Counted from the stretch's first letter, positions 28,151 through 37,786 are shown. The stretch is 64,000 bases of DNA from an uncultured virus (IMG/VR IMGVR_UViG_2778261440_000004) (IMGVR_UViG_2778261440_000004:1-64000), one strand, 5' to 3'. Numbers and translations are program-made. The notes: a model not told the origin generated them from the letters alone.

Positions 28151-28194
28151 TTGTTTTTTAAGGTAGTGTGTGCTACCTTTGATTCATCAAACAA
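28151..28194 (+). promoter_or_regulatory. Promoter/operator repeat B
   Basis: TTGTTTTTTAAGGTAGTGTGTGCTACCTTTGATTCATCAAACAA, direct repeat of 23004-23048. Confidence 0.72.
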
Positions 28195-28207
28195 ACCTAT
28201 TAAAGCA

Positions 28208-28609
28208 ATGATGGATATCACAGTAAATCAATTTAGAAGTTGGAATGGGAAGAATTACAACGGTTCAATCTACATCGATGGAGTGAAGATAGAAAATGCT
28301 ACAAAATTTTTGACAGCTCAAAAAATGCAAAAAGAATACTACTCTTTTTTAGAGGGTATAAAAAATTATTACGGTGATAGTAATTTGTTTTCACAAGTAA
28401 AAAATCTTGTAGAAAAATATTGTGAACCATTAATAATTGCATTTGTAAACGAACTTTCTGAAAATTTCAACGATGATGGAGGGTTATTGGCGAGAACTGT
28501 ACAGCAAAGAATTGATTACATCATTGGCAATAAAATTATGCCTCTAGAATCTGTAACAGTAGATTATATTGTCAAATCTGTATTAGGTTCTTACATGTAT
28601 TCAGAATAA
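28208..28609 (+). CDS. Hypothetical protein
   Basis: ATG downstream of the promoter repeat; FRSWNG motif. Confidence 0.55.
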   Translation: MMDITVNQFRSWNGKNYNGSIYIDGVKIENATKFLTAQKMQKEYYSFLEGIKNYYGDSNLFSQVKNLVEKYCEPLIIAFVNELSENFNDDGGLLARTVQQRIDYIIGNKIMPLESVTVDYIVKSVLGSYMYSE

Positions 28610-28629
28610 ACAAAACAAAACAAATCATC

Positions 28630-28893
28630 ATGAAATTAACTGAAATGAAAATAGAAAGAGCTGAGGAAGTTCTATTTGACATAGTAACTATATCTATGGC
28701 AGTACAATTTGAAAATAAAGAACTCATAGGTAGGATTTTATCCGGTGATAAATTGATCACATCAATAAAGGAGGTTAAATCTGTTTCTGATGATGTAGAA
28801 GGTAACTCTTATGGTTTTATAAGAGATAGACAGTTGAAGCATTTTAAAGATGATATTAACAATGTTAATACATTTTTTAAGCAACTTAATTAA
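28630..28893 (+). CDS. Hypothetical protein
   Basis: ORF with an A-rich leader. Confidence 0.55.
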   Translation: MKLTEMKIERAEEVLFDIVTISMAVQFENKELIGRILSGDKLITSIKEVKSVSDDVEGNSYGFIRDRQLKHFKDDINNVNTFFKQLN

Positions 28894-28921
28894 ACACTGA
28901 ACCAATAAATAAACTATTAAA

Positions 28922-29272
28922 GTGGAAAGATTAACACTAAAGGATTTAGCGATAGAACACGATTATTATTGCAGTGGAAGTAATTACTACAGTAATGAGC
29001 CAGAAATGAGCTTTGAAACTTTTGCTGAGTTTTATGAAGAGTTTCACGATGCAGATGTAGATATGAACTTAGTTTTTAGATGGGATTTGCGCAAGAGTGA
29101 GGAAAGCGAAATACATTACTTGGAAATATTTATGATGCAACAACGAAGAGGGATATTTAAACCTATACAAATAGAGTCGTTTTATGAAAGCGATATTGAA
29201 CTTTTTGTTAAATACTTGAAGCCACATATTGAAAAACTAAAAGCGATTTGGAAACCGTTTGAATTAAATTAG
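28922..29272 (+). CDS. Conserved phage hypothetical protein
   Basis: HDYYCS.SNYY, DVDMNLVFRWD, QQRRG motifs. Confidence 0.65.
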   Translation: MERLTLKDLAIEHDYYCSGSNYYSNEPEMSFETFAEFYEEFHDADVDMNLVFRWDLRKSEESEIHYLEIFMMQQRRGIFKPIQIESFYESDIELFVKYLKPHIEKLKAIWKPFELN

Positions 29273-29415
29273 CATCATATGCGAATTTTTTTCGCAATCA
29301 TAAAAACCACAATTACAAAACGTTATAGTTCTATTTGCGAAGTCTGCAAACATCATTTTCGCAAAGTTCGCAGAGATTCAATAAATTCTGATTCTTCCAT
29401 CGTAAAATTTGAGAA

Positions 29416-30354
29416 GTGTCAGAAATCGATCCCAAAAAAGCACTATCAGCCATTTGGCTAAATGAATACAGCGTTAAGGTTATTGTTCCTAAAAACCTTG
29501 TGTTCAAAGTGCGTCTTCTAAAGAAGATGTGGGAAAGCCTTAATAACATCGATTCTAAAACAGAAAGAGATAAACTTCTAGGTAGTGTATGTCAAGGTTC
29601 TTCAACTAGAGCTATTCAAGGGTATAGAAAAACTAATTGGAAAGTTGAAGAGAATAGCCGTGTTAAAATCAATCATGAAGATTGGAATCAATCATTTGAC
29701 GTATACCTCACCTCTGTTGATCGTAAGAAACGATATTCATTCACATTCAATGATCAAGTCGAGTCCCTTAAAATATCCGATACTGTAGAGGAAAAAGTAA
29801 ATGCAATAACGATCCAAAAGGTAGCAGAGCGCAAAAGACAAATTGAGGAAAGCTATCAGGAAATTGAAATTAATTCAGAAGAAGAACGAGAAGAGATTGC
29901 AAGAAATATACTTCTTGACTACTCTACCGGTATGATGGATATAACAGAGGCGTGTATGCGAAATAACCTACGTTATAGTGTTTTCACTCAATGGATATTC
30001 ACGTCACCTGTTATTAGGGAAATGTTCAATGAGGCAAGAAATATTCTAAGTGCAGTATTCACTGTACGAATGGAAAGAAATATTGATAGACTGATATTAG
30101 AGAAGCTTGAAACCGGATTTACTAAGGTCGAAAGAATCAAATATGATTATGTGACAGATACAGAATCACTTGAAACTATTCCAGTAGAAGAAAGTAAAAT
30201 AGAGGAGCATAAAGAGATCACAATTACTGAGTTAACAAATCTACGTAAGTTGCTAGGTGACTATGATCCTCTCAAATCTAAATTACCTAACGAATTCAAA
30301 GATTGGTCAGAAGAGAAGCTTAAAAAGTTTATTGGAGAGTCAAGCAATAAATAA
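29416..30354 (+). CDS. Possible terminase small subunit-like protein
   Basis: ILLDYSTG..ITEAC...FTQWI...REMFNEAR resembles the TerS HTH. Confidence 0.45.
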   Translation: MSEIDPKKALSAIWLNEYSVKVIVPKNLVFKVRLLKKMWESLNNIDSKTERDKLLGSVCQGSSTRAIQGYRKTNWKVEENSRVKINHEDWNQSFDVYLTSVDRKKRYSFTFNDQVESLKISDTVEEKVNAITIQKVAERKRQIEESYQEIEINSEEEREEIARNILLDYSTGMMDITEACMRNNLRYSVFTQWIFTSPVIREMFNEARNILSAVFTVRMERNIDRLILEKLETGFTKVERIKYDYVTDTESLETIPVEESKIEEHKEITITELTNLRKLLGDYDPLKSKLPNEFKDWSEEKLKKFIGESSNK

Positions 30355-30374
30355 TTATTGTTGTTGTTGCAAAA

Positions 30375-30396
30375 TACACAAGATTGTGTATTTTTG
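30375..30396 (+). promoter_or_regulatory. Operator copy 3 overlapping the TATTTTTG -7 element
   Basis: AAAATACACAagatTGTGTATTTTTG; TTG at 30367. Confidence 0.72.
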
Positions 30397-30428
30397 AGTC
30401 AAGTTAATCAATTATAACTCTCAACTAT

Positions 30429-30899
30429 ATGATAGCTAGACCATTTTCAGAATTGGCAAACACTGAATATCCAGTTCTTACATACCCAGATAGAGGAAAA
30501 GAAAAAACGGATAAAGTACTTCATTTATTTACTAGGTTTCAAGATTTACAAAGAACATTCACAGAAGGGCTTTCAAAAGATAAGTTTATAAGGACTTTCG
30601 AAGGTTTTAAAGGGCTAAATAAGTTGCCAGAAGGTATTTTGCCAATTGGTGAGTTTAATATCCCTAACGGGGCTTTTGCTGTAATAAGTGAAGATGGCAA
30701 AACACTTATCTATATAACACAGAGAACTATTGATTTTGGGTGCCGTAGAAGTTCTAAAGTACCTTTTGAATTAAAGTTCACTACTTCTTTCCTATATCAG
30801 AATGGATGTATTGATTTAGATACATTCATACATGCATGTAGGCAGGTGAAAAACTGCTCCCTTACATTCACATTAGATTTTACTAAACGCTTTTTGTAA
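30429..30899 (+). CDS. Hypothetical protein
   Basis: ATG overlaps the CTCTC leader motif. Confidence 0.6.
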   Translation: MIARPFSELANTEYPVLTYPDRGKEKTDKVLHLFTRFQDLQRTFTEGLSKDKFIRTFEGFKGLNKLPEGILPIGEFNIPNGAFAVISEDGKTLIYITQRTIDFGCRRSSKVPFELKFTTSFLYQNGCIDLDTFIHACRQVKNCSLTFTLDFTKRFL

Positions 30900-30942
30900 A
30901 GGCGTAACAATTCTCTCAATTATAAATTCTCAATTATTAAAC

Positions 30943-31173
30943 ATGGCAGTACTAACTGTAAATGTTTCGCTTATATGCCGCGAATCGAAAAAGAAAATAG
31001 AAGGTTTTACAAGTCAAATGACAAGAGATGAGGTTTTAGAACACCTCAACATGTACAAAAAAACATTTGACATGCATTCGAAATGCTTCTACAAACTAGA
31101 TGGAGGCGTGGAAATATTCTTACTCAATAAGCAATACATTATCATAGGTAAGGCCTTAAAATTAACAACATGA
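30943..31173 (+). CDS. Hypothetical protein
   Basis: CTCTC leader. Confidence 0.55.
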   Translation: MAVLTVNVSLICRESKKKIEGFTSQMTRDEVLEHLNMYKKTFDMHSKCFYKLDGGVEIFLLNKQYIIIGKALKLTT

Positions 31174-31379
31174 TCATGTCGTTAGAAACAAAGATCAGAA
31201 CTATTGATAAAGCTGTATTTGTTCTGGTAACCGTATTGATATTTTTTGCAGCGTATATCCATAATTATGCAATTACCACCATTCGAAACCCATTAGAATG
31301 GCCTTTGCCACTTTTCGTATTGACAATAGTGTTAGTCGCTGTTGTAGCATATGCAGCATACATTTTAATCGTGAAATAA
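31170..31379 (+). CDS. Two-TM membrane protein
   Basis: Two hydrophobic helices; ATGA overlap. Confidence 0.6.
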   Translation: MIMSLETKIRTIDKAVFVLVTVLIFFAAYIHNYAITTIRNPLEWPLPLFVLTIVLVAVVAYAAYILIVK

Positions 31380-31642
31380 TGAGGATAATCACACCGGCAC
31401 AAGCTACAGTGAAACTAAAAGGATTCATTGAACGTGTAGATAGAATCAAAGCAGATTCATACAAGAGAAAGGCTTCTAAAACATACGACAAGAAAACGAT
31501 ACTGTGGGAAATGAGTAGAGTTGGTTTATGGGCTTCAATAGCAAAGTTTAGTAAGAATTCAGACAATGCACAAAATGTAATAGATAGAGTGAAAAATGCT
31601 CACCTATTTGTCTCAAATATGATTTTCGATGGAGAGCTTTGA
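31379..31642 (+). CDS. Hypothetical protein
   Basis: TAATG coupling with the upstream gene (MRIITPAQ...). Confidence 0.5.
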   Translation: MRIITPAQATVKLKGFIERVDRIKADSYKRKASKTYDKKTILWEMSRVGLWASIAKFSKNSDNAQNVIDRVKNAHLFVSNMIFDGEL

Positions 31643-34133
31643 TAAAAACATACTCTATAAACAGTTTCTTGAATCTAAGATTATCACAACCCAAAACTAT
31701 GGGTTTGTTCCTGATACATTACACTCCTCATTATATCCACATCAAAAAGATGTTGTCACGTGGTCATTAGAAGGAGGTAGACGAGCTATATTTTGCAGCT
31801 TTGGGCTAGGTAAAACAGCCATGCAACTAGAAATAGGAAGACAGGTTGTTAAGTATACTAAAAAGCACTTCCTAATAGGAATACCTCTTGGTGTACTTGG
31901 TGAATTTAAAGATGATGCCAAAGATCTGTTTGGTATGAACATTCACTATGTAAGGGATATGGATGATGTGTTCATGATAAATGAACCTTCAATTCTGATA
32001 AGTAATTACGAAAGGATCCGTGAAGGTAAATTTACACCTGATATTTTCGGAGGTGTTTCCTTTGATGAAGGAGATGCAATCAGAAATCTTGATACAAAGA
32101 CTTCTGACTATATCATAAATGAAATGTCAAGAATTCCTTTGCGATTTATTGCTACTGCTACTCCAGCACCAAATGAATACACTGAAATTCTAAATTATGC
32201 TCATTTCCTAGGTGTGTGTGATAGAGGTCAGGCATTGACTAGGTTTTTTCAACGTGATAGTAAAAAGGCAGGTAATCTCACCTTATACCCTCATAAAGAA
32301 CATGAATTTTGGTTATGGGTTAGAAGTTGGGCAATATTCATAGAATATCCTTCTGATTTAGGTTATTCAGATGAAGGTTATAAACTACCTGATTTCAAGA
32401 TACACTATCATCAAATTGAATTAAAAGATAGGAAGCTGATTGTTGATCGAGATGATCAGATTAAAATGTTTGCGGATGCTAGTAAAGGCCTTTCTGAAGC
32501 TGCTAGAGAAAAGAGAGAAAGCTTGTTTGCTCGATGTGTTAAGTCTGTTGAAATAGTAAATAAACATCAGAATGATCATTTTATCCTCTGGCATGATTTA
32601 GAAGATGAAAGAAAAGTTATTCAAAACTTACTGCCTGGTGTTAATACTGTTTATGGTTCTCAGAAGAATGAGCAAAAAGAGGAGTTACTAAATCAATTCA
32701 AGCACGGTAAATACCAATATCTAGCAACTAAACCTAGTATTGCTGGTGCAGGTTGTAACTTTCAGAAACATTGTCACAATGTTGTGTTTGTTGGAATAGG
32801 ATATAAGTTCAAAGATTTTATTCAAGCAATTCACAGAGTACTTCGATTTGGTCAAATTTTTAACGTTAACATTCATCTTGTTTATACTGATGCTGAGGTT
32901 GAGGTCCTAAAGAAATTAGAATCTAAATGGACCAAGCATAAAGAAATGATTGCTGAAATGACCAACCTTATGCGTAAATATGGATTATCACAGCGTGATG
33001 CTATCAATGATCTAAAGAGAACTATACAAATAGATCGTGAAGAGGTTTCCGGAGATAAATTCACTTGCATTCATAATGATGCTGTTGAAGAGGTTAAAAA
33101 TATGTCGGATAACAGCTTAGATATGATCTGTTCGTCTATTCCATTTTCTGATCAGTATGAATATTGTGAAAGCTACAGAGACTTTGGCCACAATAATGGT
33201 AATGAAGGGTTCTTCAAGCAAATGGACTACTTAACTCCAGAGCTTTTGAGAATAACTAAACCCGGTAGAGTTGCTGCAATACATGTGAAGGATAGGATCC
33301 AGTACAGTTATCAAAATGGAGTTGGTTTCACATCATTAATAGATTTCTCTGGTTTAACGGTTCAACATTTTGTTAAGCATGGTTGGCACTTATTAGGTAA
33401 ACACATTATCACAACAGATGTAGTAAGTGAGAATAACCAAACATATCGATTAGGATGGTCAGAACAATGTAAAGACGGTACCAAGATGGGTGCCGGTTCT
33501 CCTGAATACTTATTGATATTCAGAAAGCCTCCAACTGATATGAGTAATGCATATGCTGATGATCGTGTAGTAAAAGATAAGAAGCATTATTCAAGGGGTA
33601 AATGGCAATTGGATGCACATGCTCACTGGCATTCTAATGGTAATAGATTATTGACACCTGAAGAATTGAGAAAGATGAACCTTTCACAAATCGGTAAATG
33701 GTGGAAACAATATTGTCAGGAAAATCCCTATGATTACGATACACATGTTAAGCTGTGTGAAACTCTTGATGAAATAGGTAAGCTACCTTCTAAGTTTATG
33801 GCCATACCTCCTCCTAGTAAAAGTGATGGTGTTTGGACTGATATAAACCGTATGCACACTCTTAACACAAGTCAAACTAATAGGAAGCAAGAAAAACATG
33901 TATGTCCATTGCAGTTTGATATTGTTGACCGGTCAATTATTAGATATAGCAATGAAGGAGATACTGTTTATGATCCTTTCGGTGGTGTTATGACAGTTCC
34001 TTTCAGATGTATCAAATTAAATCGAATTGGAATAGCTACAGAGCTTAATAAAGGGTATTGGAAAGATGGTGTTAACTACTGCAGGGAAGCAGAGTACAAA
34101 AACTCAATACCCACTCTATTTGACACATTTTGA
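31629..34133 (+). CDS. SNF2-helicase / N4-N6 DNA methyltransferase fusion
   Basis: FGLGKT, FDE, ATATP, QAIHRVLRFGQ; SSIPF, HVCPLQ, YDPFGG. Confidence 0.88.
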   Translation: MESFDKNILYKQFLESKIITTQNYGFVPDTLHSSLYPHQKDVVTWSLEGGRRAIFCSFGLGKTAMQLEIGRQVVKYTKKHFLIGIPLGVLGEFKDDAKDLFGMNIHYVRDMDDVFMINEPSILISNYERIREGKFTPDIFGGVSFDEGDAIRNLDTKTSDYIINEMSRIPLRFIATATPAPNEYTEILNYAHFLGVCDRGQALTRFFQRDSKKAGNLTLYPHKEHEFWLWVRSWAIFIEYPSDLGYSDEGYKLPDFKIHYHQIELKDRKLIVDRDDQIKMFADASKGLSEAAREKRESLFARCVKSVEIVNKHQNDHFILWHDLEDERKVIQNLLPGVNTVYGSQKNEQKEELLNQFKHGKYQYLATKPSIAGAGCNFQKHCHNVVFVGIGYKFKDFIQAIHRVLRFGQIFNVNIHLVYTDAEVEVLKKLESKWTKHKEMIAEMTNLMRKYGLSQRDAINDLKRTIQIDREEVSGDKFTCIHNDAVEEVKNMSDNSLDMICSSIPFSDQYEYCESYRDFGHNNGNEGFFKQMDYLTPELLRITKPGRVAAIHVKDRIQYSYQNGVGFTSLIDFSGLTVQHFVKHGWHLLGKHIITTDVVSENNQTYRLGWSEQCKDGTKMGAGSPEYLLIFRKPPTDMSNAYADDRVVKDKKHYSRGKWQLDAHAHWHSNGNRLLTPEELRKMNLSQIGKWWKQYCQENPYDYDTHVKLCETLDEIGKLPSKFMAIPPPSKSDGVWTDINRMHTLNTSQTNRKQEKHVCPLQFDIVDRSIIRYSNEGDTVYDPFGGVMTVPFRCIKLNRIGIATELNKGYWKDGVNYCREAEYKNSIPTLFDTF

Positions 34134-34228
34134 AATTTCAAACTAATAAAACTGATTTACATGGAATGTGTCATTCACGGAGGTCTAGACGAAAACATTG
34201 TGGATGAAAAACAACGAGCCTTGCAACT

Positions 34229-34353
34229 AACGTGCCTAGTATAAAAGCTGGCGGGGAATGAACGGCAAACACTTTCCCGAAAGCTCAAAACTTACTTAAA
34301 CATCCGAAGCGGTCAAAAAGACACTGCAACCCCGCTTGATTTTATACTGTGTT
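34229..34353. repeat. attC-like hairpin
   Basis: AAC..AGTATAAAA..GCGGGG ... CCCCGC..TTTTATACT..GTT. Confidence 0.75.
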
Positions 34354-34369
34354 GTGGTGCGTTTTTATT

Positions 34370-34570
34370 ATGGGAAAAGGATTTGCAATTTTAATTTGGG
34401 ACGATTGGGGTTCAGGATTGGTCAGAATAAACCCACGACTGTTAGACAATGGGCACACTGACATATATGGCAACCCAAACAACTGGTTTCCCTACAAAAC
34501 GGAAGAACAGAAGCAAGAAATGATTAAAGAATTGGTTGGTGATAGTAAATACTATGTTGTGATTGACTAA
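34370..34570 (+). CDS. Cassette-borne small hypothetical protein
   Basis: Single ORF filling GTTGTGGTGCGTTT...AAATGCACCACAAC. Confidence 0.65.
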   Translation: MGKGFAILIWDDWGSGLVRINPRLLDNGHTDIYGNPNNWFPYKTEEQKQEMIKELVGDSKYYVVID

Positions 34571-34579
34571 ATGCACCAC

Positions 34580-34665
34580 AACGGCCTTGATAAAAAATCG
34601 GGCGCAAACCTGAACCTTGGAAACTGAGCGCAAACGCTGCCTGCGCCTGTTTTTTATCTTTTGTT
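34580..34665. repeat. attC-like hairpin
   Basis: AAC..GATAAAAAA..GGGCGCA ... TGCGCCT.TTTTTTATC..GTT. Confidence 0.75.
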
Positions 34666-34686
34666 GGCAGCAGTTAATTCAAGATT

Positions 34687-35523
34687 ATGGAAACATTGAA
34701 ATTACATCACATTGCACCTTACTTGCCTTATAAGTTAAAGTGCCTAACAGTTGATAAAGGTGAAATAGTAATATCTGAGCTTAACGCTGCATATTCTGAC
34801 AACTCCTATACGTTTATGAATATCGTAGAATCTTATAAAGGATTTGAAGACATTAAACCATTATTGAAACCCATGAGTGCTTTTGATAATGGTTATGTAG
34901 CAGAATTAGCTAGATATGTATCTACTATTGACGATAAGTACACTATTGAAAGTGCTTGGACAATGATTGAGGAACGAATATCAAAGCCTTTGAATATGCC
35001 TTACGTTATTGTTAAGAGATTACTCCGATGGAAATTTGATGTATTTGGATTAATTGATAAAGGTCTTGCTTTGAATTCAGACTTATTTGTTAATGATCAT
35101 ATTAAAGAGGAAGATTCCGTCTACATTAGGTCAGACAATTACCCTAATACTATCGATCAATTCAAAGCAATTGTTTCACCGTATCAGTTTATTGGTAATG
35201 AAGTTCGGCCTCAAGATCCTGACGAACACAAGTATGATGAGTGTATAGATAAAACACAATCTAATTCAGATATGGTTGAAAAGAAAACATGGCCAGAATT
35301 CAGGAGTACTGGTCTAGTTTTGATTATTAATCAATTATTACATGTTTTTGGTTGGTCCATTGTTTTTGAAATAGAAAATGATGAAGTGAGAAGTGTTTAT
35401 CCTGCAAGGGTTAAATTTAGAGGGTTTGATAACAAGACTACTTCTTACAATTATCAAAAAGTTAGCGAATACCTAAAAGAACATGCAAAAGAGCTGCATA
35501 ATGAAGTAAAAGATCACATTTAA
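34687..35523 (+). CDS. Bacteroidota-phage-type hypothetical protein (probably two fused modules)
   Basis: APYLPYKL, IKPLLKPMS, FDVFGLIDKGLA; second module WPEFRSTGL...PARVKFRGF. Confidence 0.65.
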   Translation: METLKLHHIAPYLPYKLKCLTVDKGEIVISELNAAYSDNSYTFMNIVESYKGFEDIKPLLKPMSAFDNGYVAELARYVSTIDDKYTIESAWTMIEERISKPLNMPYVIVKRLLRWKFDVFGLIDKGLALNSDLFVNDHIKEEDSVYIRSDNYPNTIDQFKAIVSPYQFIGNEVRPQDPDEHKYDECIDKTQSNSDMVEKKTWPEFRSTGLVLIINQLLHVFGWSIVFEIENDEVRSVYPARVKFRGFDNKTTSYNYQKVSEYLKEHAKELHNEVKDHI

Positions 35524-35538
35524 ATGTAATTTCATCTT

Positions 35539-35913
35539 ATGAAATATGAATTGATCCACAATGAAAAACAAGAAGGTGATATATCCGGAGTAGATTTATT
35601 ACCAATTGAAACTTTCGTGTCTGTTGATATAAAAGAATATGCTCAACATTTTGTGTTTTCTGAATTAAGAGAAGGTAGCATTTGGACCTACACAATTGAA
35701 CTTTTAATTTCTGGCCGAAATTGCAAATCAATAGTTAAGGTAACTAACTTTACCCATCCATTGGGAAATGACGAGTCATATAGGACTTACGGGGGTGGTA
35801 CTCAATTAAACTGGATAATCGATGTAGAGGATGATATGATATATTACTTGCAAAATTTAGCAGCTGAAGCTTTGAATTATTTCATAAGTGAAACAATGCC
35901 AGCCAGTTTTTAA
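35539..35913 (+). CDS. Hypothetical protein
   Basis: ORF in operon. Confidence 0.55.
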   Translation: MKYELIHNEKQEGDISGVDLLPIETFVSVDIKEYAQHFVFSELREGSIWTYTIELLISGRNCKSIVKVTNFTHPLGNDESYRTYGGGTQLNWIIDVEDDMIYYLQNLAAEALNYFISETMPASF

Positions 35914-36041
35914 AAGCAAAGGAGAATAAAACAGAATCATATCAAAAAATTGATTATATCTATAAGAAGTTGAAATACTTGGCAGATTTTTAGATTACTG
36001 GGGCACATCAAACGTTAATTTCCTTGGAAAAAGGAGGTGAA

Positions 36042-36194
36042 ATGGTTCTAGCAAGTCAAAACCCGCAAGAGTCAAAAGAAATTTTCAAGCGATTTACAGG
36101 CCGTGAAATTGATCTTATTCCAGATGGTGAAAGTGTTGGTTTCATTGTTAAGTTGATTCCAGATAAAAAATGTACACAATCGAAAAGCAAATAG
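36042..36194 (+). CDS. Small hypothetical protein (50 aa, below the ORF-track cutoff)
   Basis: MVLASQNPQESKEIF...; preceded by AGGAGGTG. Confidence 0.4.
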   Translation: MVLASQNPQESKEIFKRFTGREIDLIPDGESVGFIVKLIPDKKCTQSKSK

Positions 36195-36343
36195 CTGATA
36201 AGTGGCATTTCGAAGCTTACGAATATGAACTCGAAATTGCTATAGCTAAGTGCAACGAATTGTTTGAAGCATCGCCCGGACGTTACCGCGTTTTCTCTAC
36301 TAGAACCAAGAAAAATGTATACAATGTAACCAACGACTTTTAA
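36170..36343 (+). CDS. Small hypothetical protein (57 aa, below the ORF-track cutoff)
   Basis: MYTIEKQIADKWHFEAYEY...TNDF. Confidence 0.5.
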   Translation: MYTIEKQIADKWHFEAYEYELEIAIAKCNELFEASPGRYRVFSTRTKKNVYNVTNDF

Positions 36344-36439
36344 ACGTTTCTGAATTCTGCATTGATGCTTTACAATTAACAGACTTCATTAAACAGGTGA
36401 CTATTATTTGGATTTTTTTTTCAAAAAACACATCCATTA

Positions 36440-36455
36440 TACACATAATTGTGTA
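36440..36455. promoter_or_regulatory. Operator copy 4
   Basis: TACACAtaatTGTGTA followed by a TAATTTAG -7 variant and the CTCTC motif. Confidence 0.68.
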
Positions 36456-36507
36456 ATTTAGCGACACAATTAACAACTCTCAACTATAACTCTTAATTAT
36501 TATTCTT

Positions 36508-36729
36508 ATGAAATCTCACTCAAGAGCTAACATTCTTGATGTTATTCAAAAAGTTCAAGAAGCTCAAATTCAAAACGAAGGTTTATCTCCTCATTTCAAT
36601 AGAGAAAAATACTGTGGAACTTGTTTGTCACATGATAAAGCAGCTCACCCTGAAACAGATAAGTGCTTTCATTGTGATTCTGATAATTGGATAAGTCAAC
36701 AAGAGTATAATTCAAGATTAGCTAAGTAA
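36508..36729 (+). CDS. Small Zn-finger-like protein
   Basis: CGTC...CFHC. Confidence 0.6.
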   Translation: MKSHSRANILDVIQKVQEAQIQNEGLSPHFNREKYCGTCLSHDKAAHPETDKCFHCDSDNWISQQEYNSRLAK

Positions 36730-37079
36730 TGGGACAACCAAAAAACGGTGAACTGTGGCTTTTAGAGTTTAAAAGCGATGGTGCTAAAACAGCTATGTTC
36801 TACAACAATGGACATTGGTATTCACGTGATAATCATTCTACAGCATGGGATGAGCAATTTGAACTTGTTGAAAAGCTTAAGGATGCTCCAAATAACAAAC
36901 CAAAAGACAAAGAAGTCTGGCTAGTAGAAAATAAAGGAAGGATGGCATTTGCTGTTTACAACGCCAATTCAAAAAGATTATACACAACATTCACTAAAGA
37001 TGGAGATCTATCATTCGAGCTTAGTAAAACTACTAGTCCCGTTAAACTACTTTTTAAAAGCTTGGAGGATGTGATATGA
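36729..37079 (+). CDS. Hypothetical protein with an internal repeat
   Basis: PKNGELWLLE / PKDKEVWLVE duplication. Confidence 0.6.
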   Translation: MGQPKNGELWLLEFKSDGAKTAMFYNNGHWYSRDNHSTAWDEQFELVEKLKDAPNNKPKDKEVWLVENKGRMAFAVYNANSKRLYTTFTKDGDLSFELSKTTSPVKLLFKSLEDVI

Positions 37080-37363
37080 TGATTTTTAAATTTGATATCA
37101 ATCTAAAAGTATACTCATCTAATGTTTTGCCGGTTCCATCTGCAGATGATACAAAATATAGTGTAGATGTGGTAATAGTAGATGAAGATAATATGTCTGG
37201 TCTAGCATTTTATTCATTTTCTAAAGGTGAATGGAAATTTCATACAGATACAATGTGTGATGATCATGAAAATGGTAAACCAAAACAATTCTGGTGGTAC
37301 TATCCCCCTATCCTTAAAACAACTGGAAAAGCTCAGTTGATTGTAAATCCAAAACATGTTTAA
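37076..37363 (+). CDS. DUF551-like hypothetical protein
   Basis: LP...S.DV....AFY....W...WYYP pattern. Confidence 0.5.
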   Translation: MMIFKFDINLKVYSSNVLPVPSADDTKYSVDVVIVDEDNMSGLAFYSFSKGEWKFHTDTMCDDHENGKPKQFWWYYPPILKTTGKAQLIVNPKHV

Positions 37364-37586
37364 AATGGATCATTTGACTATAAAGATAAATGGTATTGAG
37401 CTAGAGGTTGGTTACAAATTCATAACTGGCACACCGAATAGTGAATGGACTGGTGATGGAGCTACGCCAGGTATTCCGGATAGCGTAGAAATACAAGAAG
37501 TGTACCTACAAGACGAAGACATAACAAGCTTAATTAACAAAGAATCATTTTCCTCAATTGAGGAAGAGGTTTTGAAAATGCATTGA
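37356..37586 (+). CDS. Hypothetical protein
   Basis: PG.PDSVEI..V....DIT motif. Confidence 0.6.
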   Translation: MFKMDHLTIKINGIELEVGYKFITGTPNSEWTGDGATPGIPDSVEIQEVYLQDEDITSLINKESFSSIEEEVLKMH

Positions 37587-37775
37587 ATGATGGATAAAGA
37601 ATCTCAATTTGTAGAACTTATGCGAACTTCAAACAGAATAGCAGTTGCTAAAAACCACTGCAAAATTAATCCTGTATTCTCAGATAAAATTAAACCATTT
37701 AAAAATCGTACATACAATAGATTGACTCAAATGCAAGAGTCAATAGGCGTGCAAGTAAATGAGTTGTATTGGTAG
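37587..37775 (+). CDS. Hypothetical protein ending at a cassette core
   Basis: Stop followed by TTATTGCTGCCAAC. Confidence 0.5.
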   Translation: MMDKESQFVELMRTSNRIAVAKNHCKINPVFSDKIKPFKNRTYNRLTQMQESIGVQVNELYW

Positions 37776-37786
37776 TTATTGCTGCC

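Noticed and set aside
30357..30370. (TTG)n run complementary to the (CAA)n run at 4413-4428
   Set aside because: Low-complexity trinucleotide match, too short to support a link
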